Assembly: GCA_035063585.1 (NCBI GenBank) | Contig: JAPSGB010000008.1 | Location: 32,001-96,000 of the forward strand | Length of the DNA: 64,000 bases | Direction of reading: 5' to 3' | From: Polyangiaceae bacterium | GTDB lineage: Bacteria; Myxococcota_A; Polyangia; Polyangiales; Polyangiaceae | Shown here: positions 52,428-62,876 of the stretch, piece after piece | Layout of the letters: each line of letters begins with the position of its first letter | Position numbering within the stretch: position 1 is the stretch's first letter | Notes under the pieces: generated by a model | Told to the model about the DNA's origin: nothing | The model's database searches: none | The model's input: the letters and a program-made list of their open reading frames with translations, nothing else | Translations under genes and position numbers: made by a program

Positions 52428-54255
52428 GCGCCGGGGCGCCCACGCTGGCGTCGCTCGGCCGGGGCTCGGCGGCGTAACGTGGCTGCGTGCGGCGCGAGGG
52501 CCGCTCGCGGCGCTCGCGCTCGCGCTCGGCGTCATGGGCTGCTCGTCGTGCGGCGAGTCGAGCGCGCCGGCGCCTTCGGCCTCCAGCTCGGCCGCGGCTC
52601 TCACGCCCGTGCCTGCGCCCGCGAACCTCCTCGCGGACCTCTACGTGCCGACCCCGCCCTCGACCTGGGGAGCGCTCCGCGCGCTCGTCGGCGGCCCGGT
52701 GATGCTGATGCCGGCCGGGATCCCGCTGCTCTCCACGACGCTCCTTGGGCTCCCGGCGGCGACCGCCGGGCTCCTCGACGAGAGCACGCCGGTGCTCGGC
52801 GCGATCGTCGAGCAGGACGGCGAGCCGCGCATCGTGCTCGGGCTGCACGTGCGCAACGGGCGCGAGGTGATCGCTGCGCTCGCGAGCGGCAGCGACGCGA
52901 AGTATCGCGCGAAGCGGGACGACGCGAGCGGGCTCACCGTGCTCGAGCCGGTTCCGGGGAAGGCTCCTGCCGAGATCCGTCTCGGCGTGGCCGGCAGTTA
53001 CCTGGTCGCCTCGAAAGACGCCGCGGCGCTCGTCGCTGCCGGACCCTACGTCGCGCGCACGCTCTCCGGTCGCCCCATGCCGGCCGGCGGGGGCATCGTG
53101 GTGGTCGCCGATCATCGCGCGCTCGCCGGGCCCATCGCGACCCAGGTGAAGACCGCGTGGAAGCTCTACCGCGAGCACCTCGCCAAGAGCGCCGAAGACG
53201 AACGCGCGAGTCACGGTGGGCGCGCGCCGGACTTTGGCGACCCCGCCGCGGCGCTGCTCGGCGCGGGTGCGGTGGTCGATGATGTCGTGGCGGTGCTCGA
53301 GTCGTCCGATGAGCTTCGCCTGGTCATCGAGCCCGTGAGCGGTCGCCTCGACGCGAGGCTCGAGCTTCGCCCCGGCAAGTCAGGAGCGGCTGCCGATTTC
53401 CTCGCCGGCATGGTTCGAGGTCCGATGGCGCAGCTCGGCCAGCTGCCCTCGGCGGCCGCACTCTCCATCGAGACGCGGACGACGCCCGCGTCCCGCGCCG
53501 ACTCTGCCAAGGCCACCGGCGCCGCGCTCACGCGGTTCTTCGGTGAGCGCCTCGTCGAGACCGATCGGCAGAAGCTGGACGCCGCCCTCGGCGATGTGGC
53601 CCATGGTCGCGGCGATGATTCGGCGCTCGCGCTGATGACGAGCCCGTCCGGTGTCGGCGTCGTGCTCCGCACCAGCACTGCCGACGACGCGGTCTTCGTT
53701 CGAGGGCTGAAATCCGCGCTCGGCCTGCTGTCGGTCCCGGCCTTCGCGGCGCCGGTCGAGCGCTTCGCCGGCAAGGTGACCGTCAAGCACTCTACGACCA
53801 AGGTGAAGGGGGTGGACGGCGCCGTCCAGCGCGCCCAACTCACCCTCAAGCCGCGCGCTCCCGCCCCCGGCGAGGCACCCATCGCGCGGCTCGACGGACC
53901 GACCACGCTCGAGGTGCTGTGGTTTGCGCGCGACGGCGTCGGCTACGGCGCCATCGCCAAGCAGGCGAGCCCGTTCTTCGGCGCGCTCGTGTCCGCCGGC
54001 GCGTCCCCCGACCAGAGCCTCGCCGCGGAGGTTCCCGTCGTGGAGGCCGCGCGGCGGGTAGGAGACGACGCGACGTTCGCGCTCCTGGCCGATCCCGTGA
54101 AGCTCGGCATCGCCTCCGCCCCGGGACATGCGGCGGCCGCGCCGGTGGTCCTCGGCCTAGGGCGCGGCGCAGACCACGCATGGCTGCGGGTCGAGCTTCC
54201 GGAGGTCGCGATCCGCGGCGTCTTGCGCTTCGCGATGGGCGCGGCGTCGCGCTGA
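52381..54255 (+). CDS. Hypothetical lipoprotein
   Basis: Hydrophobic stretch ending VMGC, long ORF with good codon usage. Start uncertain (ATG 52381 or GTG 52402 overlap the ssb end). Confidence 0.65.
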   Translation: MTTPTTAVETTISRSERRGAHAGVARPGLGGVTWLRAARGPLAALALALGVMGCSSCGESSAPAPSASSSAAALTPVPAPANLLADLYVPTPPSTWGALRALVGGPVMLMPAGIPLLSTTLLGLPAATAGLLDESTPVLGAIVEQDGEPRIVLGLHVRNGREVIAALASGSDAKYRAKRDDASGLTVLEPVPGKAPAEIRLGVAGSYLVASKDAAALVAAGPYVARTLSGRPMPAGGGIVVVADHRALAGPIATQVKTAWKLYREHLAKSAEDERASHGGRAPDFGDPAAALLGAGAVVDDVVAVLESSDELRLVIEPVSGRLDARLELRPGKSGAAADFLAGMVRGPMAQLGQLPSAAALSIETRTTPASRADSAKATGAALTRFFGERLVETDRQKLDAALGDVAHGRGDDSALALMTSPSGVGVVLRTSTADDAVFVRGLKSALGLLSVPAFAAPVERFAGKVTVKHSTTKVKGVDGAVQRAQLTLKPRAPAPGEAPIARLDGPTTLEVLWFARDGVGYGAIAKQASPFFGALVSAGASPDQSLAAEVPVVEAARRVGDDATFALLADPVKLGIASAPGHAAAAPVVLGLGRGADHAWLRVELPEVAIRGVLRFAMGAASR

Positions 54256-54325
54256 GCCGCGCCGCTGGCGAAACGCCCTTCCGTATCTCGGTGATTCAGG
54301 GCACGCTGCCGCGAGGAGGTTCACT

Positions 54326-55882
54326 GTGCACCAACCCTCGCGCATCGTCCGTCACGCGCTGGCCTTCGCGCTGGCGGGGCTCGTCTCGGGGCCGGTGTTG
54401 CTGTCCGGATGCCTCGGTCGCTCCGTCCTGGAGGATGCGAATCTGGCCGATGGCGGTGGCGCCGCGGGGAGCGGTGGCTCGTCCGGCACCGGTGGCGGCC
54501 TCGGTGGCACCGGCGGCGGCCTCGGCGGCACCGGCGGCGGCCTCGGCGGCACCGGCGGCGGCCTCGGCGGCACCGGCGGCGGCGCGTCGCGCTGCCTCGA
54601 CAGCTGCGCCGGCTGCTGCGATCTCGCGGGCGTCTGCCGTCCTGGGGGTGACATTTTCGCCTGCGGCGTCGGCGGCGTCGACTGCCTCGACTGCGGGGCG
54701 CTCGGGTTCGGGTGCACGAGCGGGCAGTGCGTGGGAGAGCCCCCGAAGTGCAGTCCTTCGACGTGTCCCGGCTGCTGTGACGACCAGGGCATGTGCCGGC
54801 CGGGCTCCGAGACGAACGCGTGCGGCGCGAGCGGCGGCGCGTGTGTCGATTGCGGCGGCCAGCAGCAAGGGTGCGTCGCCGGCACGTGTCAGGGTGCGCC
54901 TCCGACCTGCGGTCCGTCGAACTGCGGCGGCTGCTGCGACGCGAACGGGGAGTGCCGAGAAGGGAGCGCAGACGGCACCTGCGGCGCCGGCGGCGTGGCG
55001 TGCTCGAACTGCTCGGCTCAGGGCAGGAAATGCAACCAGCCGGGCAGCTACTGCGCCTTCATTCCGACTTGCGGCTCGGTGACTTGCCCGTCGGGTTGCT
55101 GCGATGCGAAGGGCGCCTGCCGAGATGGGCGGGCCGATCACGCCTGCGGCGCCGGCGGTCAGATCTGCTCGGACTGCTCGGCGTCCAGCCGGAGCTGTGC
55201 GCCGCAGGGGTTCTGTTACCAAGGCAAGCACTGCGGTCCGGACAACTGCGCCGGGTGCTGCACCGCGACCGGCGAGTGCGTCCCGGGGAGCGCGTCGGAG
55301 GCGTGCGGGCAGTATGGAGCGCTCTGCGACAACTGCTCGACCCAGGGGGAAGCCTGCCAGGGTCAGGTCTGCCGAGGCTCGTCGACCTGTCCGATGCCTT
55401 ACGCCGGCTGCAATCCATCGCTCGTGACGACGCCACCGAAGCGCTCGAAGAGCTGCTCGGCGAGCGCGCTCGAGGGCCTCGCGAAGGCGTGCGGCGGCGA
55501 CGGGACCGATCCGGCGTGCGGCGACTACTTCTCGACGCTCCTGTCATCGAGCCCCGCGTGTTACGACTGCGTGCTTCAATTCACGGGTGATCAGGCCTAC
55601 ACGCGGTGCCTCGCGCCGTACCTCGACGCGGCCTGCAATCACGCGCTGAGCTGCGCGGTGGATTGCTCCGGGGCGGTCTGCAGCGCGTGCTCCTCGGCAG
55701 CGAGCCAGAGCGCGTGCGAGGAGGACCTCTACGCAACCGGCGGCGAGTGTCAGCGGTATCTCGGAGGCTACTACTGCGCGCAGGCCGCCATCGACGGCCC
55801 CGCCTCGTTCTGCACGTTCGCCCAGGGCGAAGACGTCGGCGAGTGGTTCCTGCGCGTCGCGACTCGTTACTGCGGCGGCTGA
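54326..55882 (+). CDS. Cys-rich repeat lipoprotein with Gly-rich linker
   Basis: Lipobox LSGC, GTGGGLG repeats (21-bp unit, 54485-54583), five 10-Cys modules, about 69 Cys by hand count. Confidence 0.85.
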   Translation: MHQPSRIVRHALAFALAGLVSGPVLLSGCLGRSVLEDANLADGGGAAGSGGSSGTGGGLGGTGGGLGGTGGGLGGTGGGLGGTGGGASRCLDSCAGCCDLAGVCRPGGDIFACGVGGVDCLDCGALGFGCTSGQCVGEPPKCSPSTCPGCCDDQGMCRPGSETNACGASGGACVDCGGQQQGCVAGTCQGAPPTCGPSNCGGCCDANGECREGSADGTCGAGGVACSNCSAQGRKCNQPGSYCAFIPTCGSVTCPSGCCDAKGACRDGRADHACGAGGQICSDCSASSRSCAPQGFCYQGKHCGPDNCAGCCTATGECVPGSASEACGQYGALCDNCSTQGEACQGQVCRGSSTCPMPYAGCNPSLVTTPPKRSKSCSASALEGLAKACGGDGTDPACGDYFSTLLSSSPACYDCVLQFTGDQAYTRCLAPYLDAACNHALSCAVDCSGAVCSACSSAASQSACEEDLYATGGECQRYLGGYYCAQAAIDGPASFCTFAQGEDVGEWFLRVATRYCGG

Positions 55883-55897
55883 GCGGCGAGGCCCGAG

Positions 55898-57022
55898 TTG
55901 GCGCGACGCGGATACGACGACGTCTACCTGGTCACCGGCTTTCCGACCTTTCGCGGGCGGAAGATGGTGGAGCACCTCATTCGGGCCGAGCCCCGCGCGC
56001 TCGTGTACCTCGTCGTGCGCGAGAAGTTCGCCGCCGAGACGGCCGAGGCGCTGTCGCATCTATCCGACGGGGAGCGGGCCCGCGTCGTCGTCATCGAGGG
56101 TGACGCGGCGGCGATGGATCTCGGACTGAGCGGCAAGGAGTACCGAGAGCTGGCCGCGGCGGTGGAGCGTATCCACCACGTGGCGCAGGTCACCTACGTC
56201 GGCGTCGACCGCAAGATGGCCGAGGAGGTGAACATCGGCGCTACGCGAGAGGTCATCGAGCTCGGCAAGACGTGCACGAATCTCCGGAGCATCGTGGTTC
56301 ACTCGAGCGCGCTGGTCAGCGGGAACCGCACCGGGCTGGTGCTCGAGGACGAGCTCGGGGCCGGGCAGAGCTTCCACTCGCCGGTGGAAGAGACCCTGGC
56401 GCGCGCCGAGCGCTTGCTTCGTTCGCAGATGTCGGAGCTCCCCATCGCGGTCGTTCGCCCGACGCAGCTGGTCGGCGACTCACGGACCGGTGAGGTCGAC
56501 CGCTTCGACGGGCCATACTTGATGATCCTGCTCATCGTGAGCTCTCCGCAGGAGTTTCCCTTGCTCCTGCCGGCGCGCGGAGACGCGCCCATGAACCTCG
56601 TCCCGATCGACTACGTCGTGGCCGCCGCCCACCGGATCGGCAAGGCGAATGACGCGATGGGGCGCACGTTTCATCTCGCCGATCCGCGGCCGCTGTCGGT
56701 GCGGCGCGTCTTCGAGCTGGTAGCCCGGGCGGGTGGCAAGCGGCTGAACAGCGCCCACATCCCGGCCAACGTCACCCGGGCGCTGCTCAGCGCGCCCGGG
56801 TTTCATCAACTCTCGAAGAGCCCGCGGGCGTTCCTCGAGGTGATGACCACGCCGGTCCGGTACGACGCGCGCAACACCGAGGCCATCCTGTCTGGCACGT
56901 CGGTGACGTGCCCGCCCTTCGAGTCGTATGTCGAGGAGCTCGTCAGCTTCGTGAAGCGCCGAGTGGCGGAGCGCCGCGAGCGTAGCGAAAGTGAGCTGGA
57001 GGTCGAAGATCCGCTCGCTTGA
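55898..57022 (+). CDS. Extended SDR / NAD-binding (male-sterility-like) oxidoreductase-like protein
   Basis: YLVTGFP, IEGD...DLGLS, VNIGAT, VVRPTQLVGDSRTGE, NLVPIDYV. Confidence 0.8.
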   Translation: MARRGYDDVYLVTGFPTFRGRKMVEHLIRAEPRALVYLVVREKFAAETAEALSHLSDGERARVVVIEGDAAAMDLGLSGKEYRELAAAVERIHHVAQVTYVGVDRKMAEEVNIGATREVIELGKTCTNLRSIVVHSSALVSGNRTGLVLEDELGAGQSFHSPVEETLARAERLLRSQMSELPIAVVRPTQLVGDSRTGEVDRFDGPYLMILLIVSSPQEFPLLLPARGDAPMNLVPIDYVVAAAHRIGKANDAMGRTFHLADPRPLSVRRVFELVARAGGKRLNSAHIPANVTRALLSAPGFHQLSKSPRAFLEVMTTPVRYDARNTEAILSGTSVTCPPFESYVEELVSFVKRRVAERRERSESELEVEDPLA

Positions 57023-58352
57023 CGCAGAGCGCGTCGCCGGTGCCCTCGCCGCGCTCTTCGCTGCGGTGGTCGCGGTGACGTGCGCCGCGTCGGGTGAGCT
57101 GGCCTCGAGCGCGCGATCGGCGCCTGCTCCCGCCGCTTCCTCCGCGGAGGTTCCGCGCTCCGCCTCGCCGGCTCGGTCGCTCGGGCTCGGGGCGCCGGCC
57201 TCGAGCGAGAGCCCGGCGCCGTCAGCGGCGTCCTCCGCACCGCCCGCGCCGCCACCCGCTCGAGGGCTCGAGCGGTTCCACGCGGCGCTCGCCGCGCTCG
57301 CCGCCGGCACGCGACGAGAGAGCGTGCGGGTGCTGTGGCTGGGCGACTCCCACACCTACGCGGACTTCTGGACCGACGCGGTCAGGAGACCGCTGCAAGC
57401 GCGCTTCGGTAACGGCGGCCCCGGCTACCTGCTCCTCGGCGTGAAGCCCTATCGTCACGCGGGAGTGACGGTCGTCACGGAGGGGTCGTGGCGCCGCGAG
57501 CCGAGCGCCCCGTCGACCAGCGCTCGAACCAGCGACGGACAGTTCGGCCTCGCCGGCATGCGCGTGACTCCCGCATCCGAGGGTGCGGTCGCTGCCGCTT
57601 CGCCGCTCTCCGGCGCGCTCGGTGGTACCGCTCGCTGGACGCTCTATTTCCGAGCCAAGTCGGCTTCGGACCGGCTGTCGGTTCGGCTCGGCGACCGAGC
57701 GCCCACCACCCTCGACGCTCGCGCCGGCACGGCCGGGCCCTCCGGGACGCCGGTTCGGCGCTTCGAGGTGGAGGGCGAGGCCTCTGCGCGGCTCGAGGTG
57801 CGCGCGGTCTCCGGAGCCCCGGAGTTGTTCGGCGCCGTGCTCGAGAGTACGACCCCTGGCGTCGTGCTCGACACGCTCGGGATCAACGGCGCGCGCGCGT
57901 CCACCCCGCTCGCGTGGGACGAGACGGCGTGGATCGCCGAGGTGCGCGCGCGTCGGCCGGAGCTGGTGGTGCTCGCGTACGGCACCAACGAGGTGGCGGA
58001 GACGCGACCGGTGGAGCGCTATCGCGCCCACTACCAGGCGCTGCTCGGGCGGATCCGACTCGCCGCTCCGGAGGCCGACTGCCTGCTGGCGGGCCCGACC
58101 GACTGGGACGAGCCCAGCGGCACCACTCGACAGCGCGTCATCGACATCGATCGCGTCGAGCGCGAGGTCGCGGCCGAGCTCGGCTGCCGCTACTTCAGCG
58201 TCTACGACGCCATGGGAGGCGAGGGCAGCCACACGCGCTGGGAGCGCGCGTCGCCCGCTCTCGCCGCGCCGGACGGCATTCACCTGATGCCGGCGGGATA
58301 CGCGAAGCTCGGCGAGCTCGTGGCCGACGCGCTCCTCCCCGCCGGGCGCTAG
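56991..58352 (+). CDS. SGNH/GDSL hydrolase-family protein
   Basis: LGDSHT, GINGAR, YGTNE, DGIH. Start uncertain. Confidence 0.85.
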   Translation: MSWRSKIRSLDAERVAGALAALFAAVVAVTCAASGELASSARSAPAPAASSAEVPRSASPARSLGLGAPASSESPAPSAASSAPPAPPPARGLERFHAALAALAAGTRRESVRVLWLGDSHTYADFWTDAVRRPLQARFGNGGPGYLLLGVKPYRHAGVTVVTEGSWRREPSAPSTSARTSDGQFGLAGMRVTPASEGAVAAASPLSGALGGTARWTLYFRAKSASDRLSVRLGDRAPTTLDARAGTAGPSGTPVRRFEVEGEASARLEVRAVSGAPELFGAVLESTTPGVVLDTLGINGARASTPLAWDETAWIAEVRARRPELVVLAYGTNEVAETRPVERYRAHYQALLGRIRLAAPEADCLLAGPTDWDEPSGTTRQRVIDIDRVEREVAAELGCRYFSVYDAMGGEGSHTRWERASPALAAPDGIHLMPAGYAKLGELVADALLPAGR

Positions 58353-58361
58353 CGGGGCGCG

Positions 58362-59897
58362 TTACCTCGCCGACCCCTGCGCCTGGTAGGCGTGCATCAG
58401 CGCGCGATAGAGCCACGTCCCGAGCACCGCCGAGCCGCTGCCCGTCGGGTGGGTGAGGTCGGCCTGGCCGAGCCCGCGCTCCACCCAGGCCGCCATCGAT
58501 CCCGGGCCTCCCATGGCTTGCAAGGTGTCGAAGAACGCGCAACCGGTGGCCGCGGCCGCCTTCCGCTGTTCGGCGACGATGGCGGGGATGACGGCCATGC
58601 TGGTGAGCGAGGTCCCCCGTCGCTCCGCTCGATCCATCGCCGCGACGACCAGGCAGCCGGCGCTCGGGACGGCGCGCTTTCCCTGCTCGAGCACCGCGAC
58701 CATGGTCCGGTAGTAGTCCGCCATCGGGTAGGCGAAGCCGTCGCCGCTCTCATTGGCGCCAAACTCGTAGATGAGGAGGTTCGGGCTTCGCCAGGCGAGC
58801 TGCTCGGCCCAGTGCGCGTCGTCCTGCTTGTCCAGGAAGCGGATGCGCGCACCCTGGATGCCGATGGCGTCGAGCACGACCCCCGGGACGTCGCGCTCCA
58901 TGACCACCCCGAACGCGCGAGACACGCCCTTGGTGGTCACGATTTCGAGGCGGTGCGGGCCGTCGGGGACGCGAACGTCGTAGTAGGCGACCTGCTTCTC
59001 CGGTCCGGAGGTGTCGAGCGTCGCGTAGGGCTTGCCGTCGACGTTGAGCTGCAGGGTCCCGCCTCCCGGCTCGACCAGGTAGTCGATGGTGAAGCGAGAC
59101 ACCGCTCGCCCGAAGCTCCCGCTGTCCGCGGTTCCGAACCGTGCGCGTGAGCCCGGCGGCGCGCGGAACGACACCCCGCCGAGCCCGTAGAACCCGTCTG
59201 GAGCGAGCGGCCCGACCACGCGGCTCACCAGCCAGCCGCTCGACGCGAACCGGTAGACGTCGTTGTGGAAATACGCCGGCCACGCGTTCGCCATCAGCAT
59301 GAAGCCGTGACCGGCGTCGCCGAACTCCGCCTGCAGCTTGCGACGAAGGGTCCCCGAGACGTAGTCGCTCGTGACGATGGAGTCCCCGAAGTGCAGCACC
59401 CGCGTCACCGCTCCCGGCGCCTTCGCGCGGGTGCGATCGAGCGCGGCGAAGAAGCCCGAGAGCGCCCGGCCTCCCGGGTCTGCGATCTCGACCGGCGGGC
59501 GCTCGACGTCGATGGCGGGTAGCTCGGAGCCGCCTCGCTCCCGAGCGATCGGGCCGCGCGCCGCGGTCGGGAGCTCGACCGTCTCGGGTTGCGCGAGCTC
59601 GGGTCGCGTCTGGGTCTCCCCCTCGAGGGTCGCTTCGCCCACCGAGAGCGTCGGCGCGGCGACTCCGCGCGCCTCGGGCGCGGCGGCGGGCCGCTCGCTG
59701 AAGAGCCGAAGCCGCTCGAGACCCGGGGTCAGCTCCGCCGCCGCTGCCAGGGCGAGCAAGGAGGCGACCGCGAGCGCCGGACGCGAGAGGAGCGCCGTGC
59801 GCGGCGTCACTACGACGTCGCCGCGGATCGCGATATGCTCGGGGGCGTCCACCTCGACGGACGCAGGGAGGCGGTCGTTCGGGTCCGGCGCGGCCAC
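58362..59897 (-). CDS. SGNH/GDSL hydrolase-family membrane-anchored protein
   Basis: FGDSIV, GIQGAR, FGANE, DLTH. Confidence 0.85.
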   Translation of the reverse strand: MAAPDPNDRLPASVEVDAPEHIAIRGDVVVTPRTALLSRPALAVASLLALAAAAELTPGLERLRLFSERPAAAPEARGVAAPTLSVGEATLEGETQTRPELAQPETVELPTAARGPIARERGGSELPAIDVERPPVEIADPGGRALSGFFAALDRTRAKAPGAVTRVLHFGDSIVTSDYVSGTLRRKLQAEFGDAGHGFMLMANAWPAYFHNDVYRFASSGWLVSRVVGPLAPDGFYGLGGVSFRAPPGSRARFGTADSGSFGRAVSRFTIDYLVEPGGGTLQLNVDGKPYATLDTSGPEKQVAYYDVRVPDGPHRLEIVTTKGVSRAFGVVMERDVPGVVLDAIGIQGARIRFLDKQDDAHWAEQLAWRSPNLLIYEFGANESGDGFAYPMADYYRTMVAVLEQGKRAVPSAGCLVVAAMDRAERRGTSLTSMAVIPAIVAEQRKAAAATGCAFFDTLQAMGGPGSMAAWVERGLGQADLTHPTGSGSAVLGTWLYRALMHAYQAQGSAR

Positions 59898-59906
59898 GAG
59901 AGGCTT

Positions 59907-61460
59907 CTAGTACGCGCAGGACATATCGCCCGTCTGGCGGCACAGCGCGCGGAGCAGGCGCTTTTCCTGGTCGGTGGCGGTGCCGTGGGCGACCTTGGCC
60001 TTCAGCGCGTTCTTCGAGGCGATCTGCGCCGCCCGGTCGCCGCTCGTGGCCTGGTCCTTCACGTTCGAGCCGCTCGTGTTCGCCGGCGACGGCGCCGGTG
60101 CCGGCTTGGCCACCCCGGGCTTCGCGCCGGCGGACGGCGCGTCGAACGGGTTGGTTCGGACCAGGCCCCCGCTGGACGCCGCGATGGGCTTCGGGCGGTC
60201 ATCGGGCTTCAGGACGCGCTCCGGAGCGCTCGGTAGCTCGGTGACCTCCACTCCGCCCGCCAGGCCGTCGAGCGCCTCCATCTCGGTGGACGCGCGCTTC
60301 CTCCGCACCGAGTCGACGGTGGTGGCCTTGGCGATCCGATCGAGGAGCGCGCGCTTCGCCGAGACGTCCGTCTCGGTATCGGCCTGCGCGAGCACGCTGT
60401 CTGCCCATCGCGCCTCGATCGCCTTGAAGTCTGCCGATTGACGCGCGTTGCTCTCGGCTGGGATCTGGCTGAGGACGAGCTGATGCGCGGCCTCGAAATC
60501 GCCCGCCTGAAGGAGCGCCTTGGCCCGCTCGAGGATGGCGGCGGAGGGATCGGCCGCGGCGCTCTGGGTGGAAGCGGCCGAGCTCGGCGGGGTTCTGCCG
60601 CCCGCGAAGGTGACCATCCCCAAGACGACCAAGAGCCCGAGCACCGCCACGCCGCCGATCACCTTGATGCTCGAGGGTATCCCGGAGCCGGCGGCCCGGG
60701 TCTCGATGCCGGCGAGCGAAATCACCGAGTCTCCCGGACCGAAGCCGTAAGCGCCCAGTTGCTGGCTCTCGTCGGCTCCAGGCAAGTACACTTGACCCGC
60801 CGGGATGAACTTGAACACGACGTCACCGAGCTCGATCGTGTCGCGCGCGTCGATGATGGTGCGTTTCAGCTCGACCCCGTTGACGCGCACGCCGTTCGCG
60901 CTCTCGCAGTCGAAGAGCTCGTAGCGGCCGTCACCGAGCGCGCGCACCTCGGCGTGAACACGGCTCACTGAGCCGTGGTTGACCGAGATGTCGCACTCCT
61001 CCCCGCGCCCGATGACGGCGCGCTCGCGCGCGAGCGGGTACTCCGCGCCGGGGTTCGGCCCGATGAGCACGACCAAGCGATCGGGCTGCCCGAGCAGGAC
61101 CTGGCTCCGCGGCATCGACGGCGCGGAGTCGTTCGCCTCGCCGGTCGTCGCGCCTTCGGCCGTGCGCGCCTCATCGGTGACCTCGAGGCGGTAGTCTCCC
61201 AACTGGATGAGGTCGCCGTGCGTGATCGGCTGAGGGTCTCCGACGCGCGCTCCGTTGTGGTAGCAGCCGTTATAGCTACTGAGATCCTCGAGCAGCCATT
61301 GGCCGCCGTCGCCACGGTAGAGCCGCGCGTGCTGCCGGGAGATGTTCCGCTCGGTGAGGCGGACGGAGTTCTGCTCGGCGCGCCCGATGGCGTACTCGTC
61401 GCGCACGAGGCTGACGACCGTCTTGTTGCTCTGGTCGTCCTCGATGCTGAGCTTCCACAT
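59907..61460 (-). CDS. Tandem FHA-domain membrane protein
   Basis: Two FHA domains (IGR...ISRQHA...SYNG; IGR...VSRVHA...SANG), TM, helical C-terminal domain. Confidence 0.92.
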   Translation of the reverse strand: MWKLSIEDDQSNKTVVSLVRDEYAIGRAEQNSVRLTERNISRQHARLYRGDGGQWLLEDLSSYNGCYHNGARVGDPQPITHGDLIQLGDYRLEVTDEARTAEGATTGEANDSAPSMPRSQVLLGQPDRLVVLIGPNPGAEYPLARERAVIGRGEECDISVNHGSVSRVHAEVRALGDGRYELFDCESANGVRVNGVELKRTIIDARDTIELGDVVFKFIPAGQVYLPGADESQQLGAYGFGPGDSVISLAGIETRAAGSGIPSSIKVIGGVAVLGLLVVLGMVTFAGGRTPPSSAASTQSAAADPSAAILERAKALLQAGDFEAAHQLVLSQIPAESNARQSADFKAIEARWADSVLAQADTETDVSAKRALLDRIAKATTVDSVRRKRASTEMEALDGLAGGVEVTELPSAPERVLKPDDRPKPIAASSGGLVRTNPFDAPSAGAKPGVAKPAPAPSPANTSGSNVKDQATSGDRAAQIASKNALKAKVAHGTATDQEKRLLRALCRQTGDMSCAY

Positions 61461-61589
61461 CGCCGCGCTCGATCCTGCTCGTGAATTCCCCGGCGCGCCA
61501 ACGGCTCGCGCGGGCGCCCGGAATCTCCAAGGTGAGTTCTCGGTGACTTATACCCGATGACGGCGGCTCGGGCGTGCCGTTACGCCATC

Positions 61590-62747
61590 CTAGCACGTTC
61601 GGTCGAATGGCCGGGCGCTTCGCGCCCAGGCGAACAGCGCGTCGTGGACCCGGGGGCGCGCCGCCCGGATCCCAACGTTCGCCCGGGTCGGGTTCACGCG
61701 GTTGGTCAGCAGCACGACCGCGGCGTCCGCCTCGGGGTCGCACCAGAGGCTCGTGCCGGTGAAGCCGAGATGGCCGAAGGTGCCAGCGCTGCTCGTCTCG
61801 CCCGCCGAGGAACCGCTCGCCGCGCGTCCGTCGAAGCCCGCGCGCAGGGTGCCGGCGGGTCGTTGCCTGACCAGCGTCAAGGCGTCCCGGCGCGAGAGCC
61901 ACTCGCCGCGACGCCCGGCGACGGCGTCGAGCCAGGCCGCGCCGAAGCGCGCGACCGCGCCGGCGGTCCCGAAGAGTCCCGCGTGCCCCGAGAGGCCGTG
62001 GCCAGCGAGCGCCCACGCGTTCTCGTCGTGGACCATGCCGGCGAGCGCGCCGCCACGCCACGGGACGTCCTCGGTGCGCGCGACGCGCGCGACGAAATCT
62101 GCGGTCGACCCCAGCCATTTTCGCGCCGAACCGACCCCCCCCAGCCCGAGCGGCGCGAGCACCTCGCGCTCCACGAGCGCGTCGAGCGGGGTGTCGAGCG
62201 TGTGCTCGAGCGCGGCGCCCGCGAGAAGGTAGCCGAGATCGCTATATTCGGGGGGAAACCCCTCCGGCGGCGGCGGCCCGTGGGCGCTCGGGCGTCGAGC
62301 CGACGCCGCGACGCGGAGCGCGCGGTCACGCTCGACCGGGCGCCCCTCGACGAGCGGCGCGAAGAGCTCGCGGTGCGCCTCGAGCCCCGCCCGGTGCGCG
62401 AGCAGGAGCTCGAACGGGACGGTCGCGCTCGCCGTGCCGCCGACGAGGGGGAGCAGGGCTTGGAGCGGAGCCCCGAGAGACAGCGACCCCGCGGCCGCCG
62501 CGCGCGCGGCGGCGGTGGCCACGAAGGGCTTGGTCACCGACGCCAGGTCGAACGGCGTGTCCGGTGAGATGGCGGCGTCGTCATGCACGGCGAGCGTGCC
62601 CGCCGCGCCCGTGGCGACGGTCCAGCCGGCCCCGGCTCGGACCGCGACCGCGACGGCCGCGCCCGGCGCGACCCGGGGCGACACCACGAGGTCGCGCGCG
62701 ACGGCGTCGAGTCGCTCGTCCCGCCAGGTCTGCACCCGAGCTGCCAT
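61590..62747 (-). CDS. Serine hydrolase, beta-lactamase class C-like
   Basis: FDLASVTK (SxxK), LLAHRAGL, YSDLGY, VHDENA, GHAGLF, GHLGFTGTSLW. True start near ATG 62747; the longer track ORF is antisense to pilC. Confidence 0.9.
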   Translation of the reverse strand: MAARVQTWRDERLDAVARDLVVSPRVAPGAAVAVAVRAGAGWTVATGAAGTLAVHDDAAISPDTPFDLASVTKPFVATAAARAAAAGSLSLGAPLQALLPLVGGTASATVPFELLLAHRAGLEAHRELFAPLVEGRPVERDRALRVAASARRPSAHGPPPPEGFPPEYSDLGYLLAGAALEHTLDTPLDALVEREVLAPLGLGGVGSARKWLGSTADFVARVARTEDVPWRGGALAGMVHDENAWALAGHGLSGHAGLFGTAGAVARFGAAWLDAVAGRRGEWLSRRDALTLVRQRPAGTLRAGFDGRAASGSSAGETSSAGTFGHLGFTGTSLWCDPEADAAVVLLTNRVNPTRANVGIRAARPRVHDALFAWARSARPFDRTC

Positions 62748-62876
62748 ATCGCAGGGCCCCATGAGGTGCAAAAAGCCGGGCCTCGCGCCCCCGGGCGGCC
62801 ACGGCCCATGGGTTCCTTGGGTTCGAAGTGCCGCTCGCGCTAGTCTGTGCTCCGTTCGAGAGAAAGGCGACTGACG

